Of a stretch of DNA of 64,000 bases, positions 8,130-17,290 are shown in pieces. Origin of the DNA: Desulfuromonadales bacterium (lineage in GTDB: Bacteria; Desulfobacterota; Desulfuromonadia; Desulfuromonadales; SZUA-540); contig JAWSUS010000019.1 in the NCBI GenBank assembly GCA_033549025.1, positions 1 to 64,000 on the forward strand. Reading direction: 5' to 3'. The translations under genes and the position numbers were made by a program. The notes beneath the pieces were generated by a model. It saw only the letters and a list, made by a program, of their open reading frames with translations. It did no database searches and was not told where the DNA came from. Position 1 is the first letter of the stretch. Each line of letters begins with the position of its first letter.

Positions 8130-9575
8130 TTGAATCCGCAAGAAGAACGCATAGAAAGACGCATGATCAACGAGATCATGGAGCTTCTGGTAACCCATTA
8201 TGGGGGTGGCTTGAGCGAAGAGGAGCTTGATGTGGGTATAGACTCCCTGCAAAAAGCTATTCAGGTCGCCAGAAGTTCCCATGCCGAGCAGGTGCGCAAA
8301 TCAGGAGAACCTTATTTTTTTCACCCCCTGCGGGTTGCTCACATGGCTTCCCGTCATTGGATGGATTTTTCGTCCGTAATCGCTGCTATCCTTCATGATG
8401 TGGTGGAAGACACTCCTGTCACGTTGACCCAGATTGAAGCCGATTTTGGAGACGAAGTGGCCCTTCTGGTCAACGGTCTGACCAAGGCGGCGGATGAAAA
8501 ACTCAGCCGGGAAGCGCTCAAAGCGAAGACGTACCGCAAACAGCTTCTCCTGGCGATGGAAGATGTGCGGGTTCTCTGCCTCAAGTTCTGGGACCGCATC
8601 GACAATCTGCAGACTATCGCGGCCCTCAAACCTGAAAAACAGTCGCTGATTGCGGAAGAGACTCGTTCGGTTTATGTTCCGTTGGCCCGGCATCTCGGAA
8701 TGGGTCACGTTGCGTCCGAGCTCGATGCCTTGTCGCTGGGTGTGCTTTATCCCCGAAGAGCGCAGCGATACAAACGGGCGGTCGAAGTGGTTAAGGCAGA
8801 GACCGAGGTTGATCTGAGAAAGATCCGCACTGAAATTATCCACGCTTTTGAGCATAACAAGGCTCCCGTTCTCCTCAAGGACCGCTGGCGTCCTTTTTCC
8901 ATATCGGGGGCCCAGGCCATAAGTCGGGGCTTTCCGACGGTCTATACCCTGGAAATTCAAGTCGACAAAACCACGGACGCTTACCTGGGGCTTGGTCTGT
9001 TGCATGGCCTTTACTATCCCATCCCAGGCAAGCTCAGGGACCACCTGAGTGTACCTTCCCAGTTTGGTTACCAGGCTTTGAAGACAACGGTACAGGCCCG
9101 TCAGTATCGTATGCGGGTGGAGATCACGACGCGGAAGCTGGCGCGATTCAACGAGTCCGGGGTTCTGGCACCGGGGTTTGAGTTCAAAAAAGGCAACTTC
9201 CGTGACCTGATGCGCTCCTTTCTCGAGGGAGAGTCGGCCATTGACACGGATGCCTTCCGTCTGGCATCGGCCTCTATTCAAGTCTATACCCCTAAAGGCG
9301 AGACGCGTATTCTTCCCGAGGGAAGCAGTGCCCTCGATCTGGCTTTTGATATCCATGAAGACCTGGGGCTGTGTGCCCTCCGAGCACGGATTAACGGCAA
9401 AACCCGGCTGCTCAAATCGCGCCTCATGGATGGCGACCAGGTGGAGGTCGAACGGAGTGGCAAGCCGCAAGTTCTTCCCAAGTGGCTGGAGTGGGCCATT
9501 ACACCGCGAGCCCGCAATGCCATCCGGCGCTATTTGAGATCCAGGGTGCTTGAAGGAGGGCAGAAGGATGGCTAA
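8130..9575 (+). CDS. Atypical RelA/SpoT homologue: HD hydrolase + degenerate synthetase + TGS
   Basis: RKSGEPYFFHP, LHDVVEDT, K..DR..N; synthetase-like region lacking catalytic residues; TGS (VYTPKG..LPEGS..LDLAFDIH). TTG at 8130 after GGAG; ATG 8163 is an alternative start. Confidence 0.88.
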   Translation: MNPQEERIERRMINEIMELLVTHYGGGLSEEELDVGIDSLQKAIQVARSSHAEQVRKSGEPYFFHPLRVAHMASRHWMDFSSVIAAILHDVVEDTPVTLTQIEADFGDEVALLVNGLTKAADEKLSREALKAKTYRKQLLLAMEDVRVLCLKFWDRIDNLQTIAALKPEKQSLIAEETRSVYVPLARHLGMGHVASELDALSLGVLYPRRAQRYKRAVEVVKAETEVDLRKIRTEIIHAFEHNKAPVLLKDRWRPFSISGAQAISRGFPTVYTLEIQVDKTTDAYLGLGLLHGLYYPIPGKLRDHLSVPSQFGYQALKTTVQARQYRMRVEITTRKLARFNESGVLAPGFEFKKGNFRDLMRSFLEGESAIDTDAFRLASASIQVYTPKGETRILPEGSSALDLAFDIHEDLGLCALRARINGKTRLLKSRLMDGDQVEVERSGKPQVLPKWLEWAITPRARNAIRRYLRSRVLEGGQKDG

Positions 9576-10608
9576 AAGGTGGGTGCAGAGGGTCCTGCCT
9601 CTGTTGCTTCTGCTACTTTTTATCGGACCGCCGCTGGCATTTTCGGCGACGGTTTTCGTTTACCATCGTTTCGGTGATGACCGCTACCCTTCCACCAATA
9701 TCGCAATCGAGGTATTCAGGTCCCAACTCGATCTGCTGAAAGCGCAAGACTACACCGTGATGTCCCTGGGAGAGATCGTCGCTCATCTGGAGCGAGGTGA
9801 GGCTCTTCCTGAAAAAACGGCAGGTCTTACCATTGACGACGCCTACCATTCCTTTTTGACCGGGGCTTTACCTCTGTTGCAAGAATACGGGTACGGAGCG
9901 ACTCTTTTCGTCAACACCGATGCGGTTGGCGCAAAGGGTTATCTCTCCTGGGATGAACTGCGCGCTATCTCCGCCGCGGGGATTGAAATGGGCAACCACT
10001 CGGCGTCTCACCCCTATATGGTCAACAGAAAAGAGGGAGAAGCCAAGACGGCCTGGAAAGACCGCCTTCTTGCTGATATCCAAAAAGCCCAAAACGCGTT
10101 GAAGCGCGAACTGGGCGTTGAACCCCAGCTTTTTGCTTATCCCTACGGCGAGTATTCGCCGGAAATAGTTGAAATCGCCCACGCCCTTGGTTTTAGAGGG
10201 GCGGCTGCCCAGCAGTCGGGTGTTATCGATAGGGGAGTGGACAGGTTTACCCTGCCTCGCTTCCCCATGGGGGGACCCTATGCCACCCTGGACGGTTTTG
10301 CCGAGAAACTACCTATGAAGGCGCTGCCCCTCAAGGTGGTGTCCCCTTCAAGCCCGGTAATTGAAGAGCAGGATCCGCCGCTGCTCGTAGTTGATATTGA
10401 AGAGGGTGGGATTGACCTGTCCAGACTGCGTTGCTTTGTCCAGGGACAGCCTGAAGCGACTATCAGCCCCAATTCCGAAGTGACAGGCAGATATCACATT
10501 CAGGCCCGGGCGCCCCTGTCGGGGCGGCGCAATAAATACACGCTCACGGCGCCAGGGAAAAAAGACGGACAGTGGTACTGGTTCAGTCAGTTGTGGATCA
10601 AGAGGTAG
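9568..10608 (+). CDS. Secreted polysaccharide deacetylase (CE4/NodB family)
   Basis: Signal peptide; VYHR, LTIDDA, GNHSASH, FAYPYGE; overlaps the upstream gene by 8 nt. Confidence 0.9.
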   Translation: MAKRWVQRVLPLLLLLLFIGPPLAFSATVFVYHRFGDDRYPSTNIAIEVFRSQLDLLKAQDYTVMSLGEIVAHLERGEALPEKTAGLTIDDAYHSFLTGALPLLQEYGYGATLFVNTDAVGAKGYLSWDELRAISAAGIEMGNHSASHPYMVNRKEGEAKTAWKDRLLADIQKAQNALKRELGVEPQLFAYPYGEYSPEIVEIAHALGFRGAAAQQSGVIDRGVDRFTLPRFPMGGPYATLDGFAEKLPMKALPLKVVSPSSPVIEEQDPPLLVVDIEEGGIDLSRLRCFVQGQPEATISPNSEVTGRYHIQARAPLSGRRNKYTLTAPGKKDGQWYWFSQLWIKR

Positions 10609-10630
10609 TGGGCGCGAGTAAATCGAAAAA

Positions 10631-11542
10631 TTAGGATTTTCTGAGAGTTGCTGTAGAAAAGCGGGAAAGGCGGTTCAGGCGGATCATGGTTTTGATGTCC
10701 TCGATGTAGGCATCGCCTCTTTCCGAGTAGCGCTCCAGACCGGTGGCCAGATCGACGCCTTTAGGAGAAGTCCCCGCCTCCCTCAGTTGAGCCCTCCTCT
10801 CTCGCAAATTGCGGTAGGCCCAATGCGTGTTGATGTTGATCATATACGATTGCAGGGAGTCGAATATCGAATCGAAGCGGCGCACTTCATAGGTCGCCCC
10901 GTCGGGTCGATCTTTGGGTATGAGTCCCGTTCCGGGAGTGAAGGTCCATTCTCCAAAGAGGTTGTTGCCCATTTGGGCAAAACGGGAGGTGCCATAGCCC
11001 GACTCTGTTGCCGCCTGAGCCAGAACAAGCGATGGGGGCAGAATATCGACTCTCATCCGCAGGTTGTCGCGAGCCTTGTGGTTGGTTAAAAGATCTCCCT
11101 TGACCTTGTATTTCCGAGCCAGTGCCCAAAGGAAATTTTTCTGTTCTTCAGATAAGGGCTCTTTTGCGTCCATGGCTTGATAGATGTCAAGAAGCAATTC
11201 CCTCTCCTGGGAGATTTCTTCATTGATAATCAGGACCATGGGCAAAATGGACAGAAAAAAGAGACGTTTTTTTTCGCGGATATTCTCGATGCCGTCGAGA
11301 TTTTCGGGAATCGTTTTAAGAATAAAAGGCGGCACCCCTTGATCCAGAGTGTCCCAGTGATAGTTGTTTTTCTCGAAAAAATCGCGCAGCTCCCGGTGGT
11401 CCGCCATGGAAAAAGTCTGCACATTGGCAGATTCGGGCAGATAGGCGGAAGGATCTGTTTTCTGGCTCTCTACACAGCCGGTCAATAGGAGGAGAAAGAG
11501 CGGTGCAGTAAGCCTTTTGGCAATGTGATGGTATGAAGACAT
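10631..11542 (-). CDS. Bax-like glucosaminidase (GH73) lipoprotein
   Basis: Lipobox LLTG|C; LAQAATESGYGTSRFA..GNNLFG; YSERG..Y. Confidence 0.88.
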   Translation of the reverse strand: MSSYHHIAKRLTAPLFLLLLTGCVESQKTDPSAYLPESANVQTFSMADHRELRDFFEKNNYHWDTLDQGVPPFILKTIPENLDGIENIREKKRLFFLSILPMVLIINEEISQERELLLDIYQAMDAKEPLSEEQKNFLWALARKYKVKGDLLTNHKARDNLRMRVDILPPSLVLAQAATESGYGTSRFAQMGNNLFGEWTFTPGTGLIPKDRPDGATYEVRRFDSIFDSLQSYMININTHWAYRNLRERRAQLREAGTSPKGVDLATGLERYSERGDAYIEDIKTMIRLNRLSRFSTATLRKS

Positions 11543-11664
11543 TCTTCCCCTGCTTCCTATTGGATATTCAAACAGTTAAAGTTAGCATGATTTTAACCGT
11601 TAAGGCAAGGCGTTCAAGGCGGCAGAGATGTCCCTGCCAACACTGAATAGGAGTGTGACTCACG

Positions 11665-12081
<417 letters not shown>

Positions 12082-12088
12082 GAGAGTT

Positions 12089-12253
12089 ATGGAGACGATT
12101 AAAACAGCTTCTTTTGAATATCTCATCGGCCTCGCCAAAAAAGAAACCGATGGGGGATATACTTTTACCCTGGATGGGGAGTCCTACCGGATTCAGGATG
12201 TCCTGGAGATATCCAGGATTGCGGAAAAACATGGTTATATAGTCATTTACTGA
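12089..12253 (+). CDS. Small hypothetical protein, 54 aa (below ORF-track cutoff)
   Basis: Translated by hand: METIKTASFEYLIGLAKKETDGGYTFTLDGESYRIQDVLEISRIAEKHGYIVIY*; RBS AGGAGAG; starts 7 nt after the yjbQ stop. Confidence 0.75.
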   Translation: METIKTASFEYLIGLAKKETDGGYTFTLDGESYRIQDVLEISRIAEKHGYIVIY

Positions 12254-12395
12254 TGAGCTTTTTCCGGCTGGTTGTCGTATGGGAAAACTCTTACTGTCTG
12301 TGGCAACTTAAATATGAAAAATTGATAGAAAACCGTTATATTTTGTTGTAATATTTAAACGCGTGCAGGTTGAATCTGTTGGAGAGGAGTTATGC

Positions 12396-12824
12396 ATGCC
12401 CTTTCTTGACAGTGGTTTTTTAAATCCGCAACTGGCTATGGGGATATTTTCTCTGTACGTGTTCGTGGTGTCCTCCCTTCGCCTGATGGCCGATGATGAG
12501 TTCCCACGTTTAACGGCTATGAAGAGGTCCTGGGGGAGAACCCACGGCTTGGTGATGCATTTTGTCAGCAATGTTGGCCTGCCCATGATTCTTGGTGTCG
12601 TTTTTCTCTGCCAGGGGGTCGTTGGGTTTGGGCAAAGGGGGGGCGAGCTGGGTACGGCTGAAAAAGCCCCCGAATTGTATCAACTGCTTGTCTCCACTGT
12701 CCGGGATTTCTCCTTACCCCCCGACTTTTTGCTGCTTGATCCGCGGCTCAATGCTTTGGCATTATCCTCTCTGGCCGAGCTCAATCCTTCCGTTTTGGTA
12801 CACTGGGCCAGCCTTTGTCCATAA
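12396..12824 (+). CDS. Hypothetical membrane protein (2 predicted TM segments)
   Basis: RBS GAGAGGAG; hydrophobic stretches LAMGIFSLYVFVVSSL and VGLPMILGVVFLC. Confidence 0.6.
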   Translation: MPFLDSGFLNPQLAMGIFSLYVFVVSSLRLMADDEFPRLTAMKRSWGRTHGLVMHFVSNVGLPMILGVVFLCQGVVGFGQRGGELGTAEKAPELYQLLVSTVRDFSLPPDFLLLDPRLNALALSSLAELNPSVLVHWASLCP

Positions 12825-12844
12825 TGGTCGCCACCTTTAGTTGA

Positions 12845-13237
12845 TCACTTCCTGTATATCTTAATATTCCCCTCCGCCATGTGGTTCTTTAGGTATTTGA
12901 AAATCTTATCTTTGGCAAATTTGCGGGTCATCGGCGTCAGCAAGGTAAATCCGAGAAGATCTGTGCAGAACCCGGGAGTTAGCAGGAGGATCCCCCCAAT
13001 GAGAATCATGGCCGCATGGGCCAGGCTTTCGGCGGGGAGGCGGTTTTGCTCTAATGATTTTCGGATATCGACAAGAACCTGGAAGCCTTGCGAACGTGCC
13101 AGGTAAGCACCGGCTATTCCCGTCAGGATAATGAGGGCGATGGTTTGGGGCATGCCAATGATCTTCCCCGCTTCAAGCAGCACGTAGAGCTCGATGATGG
13201 GTACGATGATGAAGATTAACAGAAGCTTTATAAACAT
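12845..13237 (-). CDS. fxsA: FxsA family membrane protein
   Basis: PIIEL, G..LARSQG, GGILLLTPGF.TD..G; start moved to ATG 13237 after GGAGAG. Confidence 0.92.
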   Translation of the reverse strand: MFIKLLLIFIIVPIIELYVLLEAGKIIGMPQTIALIILTGIAGAYLARSQGFQVLVDIRKSLEQNRLPAESLAHAAMILIGGILLLTPGFCTDLLGFTLLTPMTRKFAKDKIFKYLKNHMAEGNIKIYRK

Positions 13238-13401
13238 ATCTCTCCGTTTTTCCCTTTTGGTTGTTGAGTGTTGAGGGTGGGTTGCCGTTTTGGGGTGCTT
13301 TTTGCCAAGACGAGTCCAACATACTGAAAACACACATAAAAAAGATTGCACAAATAATAGGCAATACGCTATTTCGCGGCTGGTGCCGTTCATTGGAGAC
13401 A

Positions 13402-13447
13402 CTATCCACAGGAGTGTTCACAGGTTGTCCACTGCTTGTGTGGAAAA
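13402..13447. promoter_or_regulatory. Cluster of four DnaA-box-like sites
   Basis: CTATCCACA 13402-13410, GTGTTCACA 13414-13422, TTGTCCACT 13425-13433, inverted TGTGGAAAA 13439-13447; consensus is TTWTNCACA. Confidence 0.65.
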
Positions 13448-13501
13448 GAAGGGGACCTGCCTGAAAGCTAAGCGTTTTTGGCAATCATAACCCGATAAGG
13501 T

Positions 13502-14194
13502 CTATTTTAAACGCGAAGACATATAGCGGTTGGTTGCTTTTCTGAGGGCCTCTTCAGGGTCCACTCTGGATACGTAACACAGTCTGGCAAGGGAAAAAAG
13601 GGTTTCGCCCAGTGCGGTTTCGGTCTGTTGCTGGTCGTATTGTTGGTTGTCTTTGAGCTTTTCCAGTCTTTGCGCTACTTCATCCCAGGCCTTCTTCTGG
13701 TCCAGTGGCCCGATTTCTTTTGGGTTGGTCCTTTCCAGGACTTTTCTGGCGCGGGCCAGGGCCGGCAGGTTCGCGGGGATTCCGGAGAACTGATGGGGGT
13801 TTTTGTTTTTTCTGGTCTTTTCCTGGCTTTTGATGTGGTCCCATTGTGCTCTCAGGCTGGCATGATCCAGTTCGACGCTTTTTTCAAATACATGGGGGTG
13901 GCGTCGGATGAGTTTTTGGGATATTTCGTTGGCGACGTCTGCCAGGTTGAATAGTTGTCTTTCCTCAAATATGCGTGCATGGAAGACGATCTGCATCAAT
14001 AGATCGCCCAGTTCTTCCCTGATAGCGGTCGGATCTCCACTGTCGATCGCTTCAAGAACTTCGTAGGTTTCCTCAAGGAGAAATGGTTTCAGGGTATCCG
14101 ATGTCTGTGCGGCATCCCAGGGGCAACCCTGGGGAGATCTTAGCGCTTCAATGATGGATGAAAGGTTGTCGATAGCTTCAGCTGTTCTGGTCAT
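13502..14194 (-). CDS. mazG: Nucleoside triphosphate pyrophosphohydrolase MazG
   Basis: LRSPQGCPWD..QT, EETYEVLEAI, EELGDLL.Q, KLIRRHPHVF. Confidence 0.93.
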   Translation of the reverse strand: MTRTAEAIDNLSSIIEALRSPQGCPWDAAQTSDTLKPFLLEETYEVLEAIDSGDPTAIREELGDLLMQIVFHARIFEERQLFNLADVANEISQKLIRRHPHVFEKSVELDHASLRAQWDHIKSQEKTRKNKNPHQFSGIPANLPALARARKVLERTNPKEIGPLDQKKAWDEVAQRLEKLKDNQQYDQQQTETALGETLFSLARLCYVSRVDPEEALRKATNRYMSSRLK

Positions 14195-14336
14195 CAGGGT
14201 TCGCCTTTCCCTCTGTAAATTGGAGGTTCTTTGCTCTTGATGCAGTCTTTGGGGTCTGAATTAAAGGCTTGCAAAAAGAAAGGATATACGCTAATAAAAA
14301 CTGCTTACTTGCTGCCCTGTAGGGCTGTGTTTTCCC

Positions 14337-14364
14337 TTGACAAACCAAGGGTAGTCTTTATACT
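14337..14364 (+). promoter_or_regulatory. sigma70-type promoter for yceD-rpmF-plsX-fab operon
   Basis: TTGACA (14337-14342), 16 bp spacer, TATACT (14359-14364). Confidence 0.7.
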
Positions 14365-14393
14365 AACCGCTTTCTTGCTGCCGGGAAACCCTT

Positions 14394-14942
14394 TTGCTTA
14401 TACATATCGACAACATAACCGAAGAAGGGCTGTCTCTGGAACTTGCTGAACCAGCGGCTTCCTTTCCTGTTTTAGCGGATATGCAGCAGCAAAAAGAGGT
14501 CTTGTTTTCCGAGGTTTTGCAGACCCGGTTGCATGTTTCCCTGCTTGATGGCATGGTCAACGTTTCCGGAACTGTCAGCACGGAAGCCACTTTTTATTGC
14601 AGTCGGTGTCTGGTCGAATATAAGACCCCGATCCAGAGTTCTTTCTCCCTGACTTATGTCAAGGAGCTTCCCGAGATTGAAGGGGAGGGGGAGGATCTGG
14701 AAATATCGCCGGAAGACATGGGGTTGATGCTTTACTCTGGCGAGTCCATCGATCTGAGGGAAGCGGTTCAGCAGGAGGTGGTCATGGCATTGCCTCTGCG
14801 TCCTCTCTGTGAAACGGACTGCAAAGGGCTTTGTCCCAAATGTGGCGCCAATCTTAACCAGGAAGACTGCAGCTGCGATAAAAACGATTTCAGTTTAAAG
14901 TTTTCGGCCTTGAGAAATTTCAAGGTGGATAAAAAAGAGTAG
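14394..14942 (+). CDS. yceD: DUF177 / YceD family protein
   Basis: CSRCL and PLC..DCKGLCPKCGANLN...C.C; located upstream of rpmF. Confidence 0.92.
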   Translation: MLIHIDNITEEGLSLELAEPAASFPVLADMQQQKEVLFSEVLQTRLHVSLLDGMVNVSGTVSTEATFYCSRCLVEYKTPIQSSFSLTYVKELPEIEGEGEDLEISPEDMGLMLYSGESIDLREAVQQEVVMALPLRPLCETDCKGLCPKCGANLNQEDCSCDKNDFSLKFSALRNFKVDKKE

Positions 14943-15017
14943 AGGTCTGACCCTGTCAAAAAGGTGCCTTGAGCACGCAAAGAGCCGATGGCTTGAATAC
15001 AGAAGGAGAAATTGAAA

Positions 15018-15197
15018 ATGGCTGTACCTAAGAAGAAAACTTCCAAATCCCAGCGCGATATGCGCCGCGCCCACGATGCCCTGAGTGCACCTGGAATCTC
15101 CATTTGCCCCCAATGCAAGGAGCCGAAACAACCTCACCGGGTTTGTGGTTCCTGTGGTACCTATAAGGGCAAAACCATCGTTGGTACTGAAGAGTAA
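15018..15197 (+). CDS. rpmF: 50S ribosomal protein L32
   Basis: [10 protein letters not shown]...RRAH; zinc ribbon CPQC...HRVCGSCG.Y. Confidence 0.98.
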   Translation: MAVPKKKTSKSQRDMRRAHDALSAPGISICPQCKEPKQPHRVCGSCGTYKGKTIVGTEE

Positions 15198-15206
15198 GAG
15201 GCCTGA

Positions 15207-16220
15207 TTGAAGTCTATTGTCGTAGCCGTTGATGCCATGGGGGGAGATAATGCTCCCCAGGTTGAAGTTGAGGGTGCCGTTGCTGCGGCAAGAAAATTTG
15301 GTATTTCCATTATTCTTGTCGGGGAATCGAATAGACTCAAATCGGAACTGACCAAACATTCCGTCGAGGGGTTGGATATTCGCATCCAACAGGCCAGTGA
15401 AGTCGTCGGGATGAGCGATTCGGCTTCCGATGCCGTCAGGAAGAAGAAGGATTCTTCTATTCGCGTCGCTTTTAACCTGATTAAAAACGGCGAGGCAAGT
15501 GCCGTTGTCAGCGCAGGCAACTCGGGAGCCACCATGGCCGCTGGGATGTTTGTGCTTAAACGGATCAGGGGGATTGACCGGCCTGCTATTGCGACGATCG
15601 TCCCCAATCTCAATGACCAGACCCTTGTCCTCGACGTGGGGGGGAATGTGGACTGCAAGCCGCAGCATCTCGCCCAGTTTGCGCTGATGGGCGAAGTTTA
15701 CTGCCGCAGTGTCCTTGGCAAAGGGCGTCCCAGGGTTGGTCTGCTTTCGAATGGGGAAGAGGAAAAGAAGGGGAACGAGCTGTCCCGAGAGGCTCATAAA
15801 TTACTCAGGACGGCCCCTTTCAACTATGTTGGATACGTCGAAGGTCGCGATATCTATAACGGCAGGGCGGATGTTGTGGTATGCGACGGTTTTGTCGGCA
15901 ACGTCGTCCTTAAAGTATCCGAGGGGCTGGTGGAGGCTGTCGGTACCATGCTCAAGAAGGAGATGACCAGCCGTTTTTTGGCCAAGGTCGGCTTCCTTCT
16001 GGCCAAACCCGCTTTTAAGGCCTTTAAGAAAAAGGTGGATTATGCCGAATACGGAGGCGCTCCACTGCTGGGGATCGACGGTGTTGGTATGATCTGCCAT
16101 GGCGGGTCCAATTCGAAGGCCATTATGAATGCTATCAATATGGCTTGCGAGGCCGTGGCAAGCAAAACCAACGAAAAGCTGGTGGCCCAACTGGAGAAAA
16201 CAGAAACTCAAGCTGATTAA
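15207..16220 (+). CDS. plsX: Phosphate acyltransferase PlsX
   Basis: [35 protein letters not shown]. Confidence 0.98.
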   Translation: MKSIVVAVDAMGGDNAPQVEVEGAVAAARKFGISIILVGESNRLKSELTKHSVEGLDIRIQQASEVVGMSDSASDAVRKKKDSSIRVAFNLIKNGEASAVVSAGNSGATMAAGMFVLKRIRGIDRPAIATIVPNLNDQTLVLDVGGNVDCKPQHLAQFALMGEVYCRSVLGKGRPRVGLLSNGEEEKKGNELSREAHKLLRTAPFNYVGYVEGRDIYNGRADVVVCDGFVGNVVLKVSEGLVEAVGTMLKKEMTSRFLAKVGFLLAKPAFKAFKKKVDYAEYGGAPLLGIDGVGMICHGGSNSKAIMNAINMACEAVASKTNEKLVAQLEKTETQAD

Positions 16221-16279
16221 TAAGGCTTGTAGACAATAATCGGTTTGACCCAGGACATGTCGGCGAGGAGAAGGAGTAA

Positions 16280-17260
16280 ATGATAAATGTCAAAATAACA
16301 GGAACGGGCTCTTATGTTCCTGAAAAAATACTGACCAACTTCGATCTCGAAAAATTTCTGGATACCTCCGACGAATGGATTACCAGTCGTACCGGCATCC
16401 GTACCCGGCATGTTGCGGCGGAGCATGAAGTGACCTCCGATCTGGCGGCCGAGGCTTCTCGCCGTGCTTTGAGTATGGCCGGTGTGCAGGCAGAAGAGAT
16501 CGACATGATCATTGTCGGCACCATCACCGGAGACTACCCCTGGCCTGCTACCGCATGCGTCGTTCAGCATAAGCTTGGCATTCAAAACTGCGCCGCCTTT
16601 GATGTTTCTGCGGCCTGCAGTGGTTTTGTCTATGCCCTCGATATCGCCGTCAGCCGGATACGGTCCGGGGCTGGCTCCAAGGCTCTTGTCATTGGCGCCG
16701 AGGTGCTCACCCGTGCCGTTGACTGGGAAGACCGCAATACCTGTGTTTTGTTTGGTGATGGCGCAGGTGCCGTTGTGCTCGAAGCGTGCAACGAAGACAA
16801 GGGTATCCTTTCGACCCATCTTCACGCCGATGGGTCCTATGCGGAACTTCTCTATCAGCCTGGATTCGGGTCGCGGAATCCAGCATCCGAAGAAGGTTTG
16901 AAGGCTCGCCTGCCTTATTTGAAAATGCAGGGGAATGAAGTTTTTAAAATCGCCGTCAGATCCCTGACCGAGGTGGCTTTCGAAGCTCTTGAGGCGAATG
17001 GGATGACCGCCAAAGACGTCAATCTCTTCATTCCCCATCAGGCCAATCAGCGCATACTCGATGCCACAGCCAAGCGAATTGGCCTTAGCGATGAACAGGT
17101 TTACGTCAATGTTGATCGTTTCGGTAATACTTCCGGCGCTTCAATTCCCATTGCGCTGGATGAAGCCAATCGTCTTGGGAGGATACAGCCCGGCGATATC
17201 GTTCTGCTTGACGCCTTCGGGGGAGGTCTGACCTGGGGGGCGGCTCTAATCCGCTGGTAA
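16280..17260 (+). CDS. fabH: Beta-ketoacyl-ACP synthase III
   Basis: AACSGF, PHQAN, GNTSGAS triad motifs. Confidence 0.98.
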   Translation: MINVKITGTGSYVPEKILTNFDLEKFLDTSDEWITSRTGIRTRHVAAEHEVTSDLAAEASRRALSMAGVQAEEIDMIIVGTITGDYPWPATACVVQHKLGIQNCAAFDVSAACSGFVYALDIAVSRIRSGAGSKALVIGAEVLTRAVDWEDRNTCVLFGDGAGAVVLEACNEDKGILSTHLHADGSYAELLYQPGFGSRNPASEEGLKARLPYLKMQGNEVFKIAVRSLTEVAFEALEANGMTAKDVNLFIPHQANQRILDATAKRIGLSDEQVYVNVDRFGNTSGASIPIALDEANRLGRIQPGDIVLLDAFGGGLTWGAALIRW

Positions 17261-17290
17261 TTTCAGCATACAAAGTGAGTCTTGGCCATT

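Noticed and set aside
13238..13501. oriC call for the DnaA-box cluster
   Set aside because: No dnaA, dnaN or gidA nearby, no clear DUE or DnaA-trio run, and no change in gene-strand bias; kept only as a non-origin cluster.
14943..15017. Three tiny hairpins before rpmF as a regulatory leader
   Set aside because: Stems are only 4-5 bp and not distinguishable from chance.
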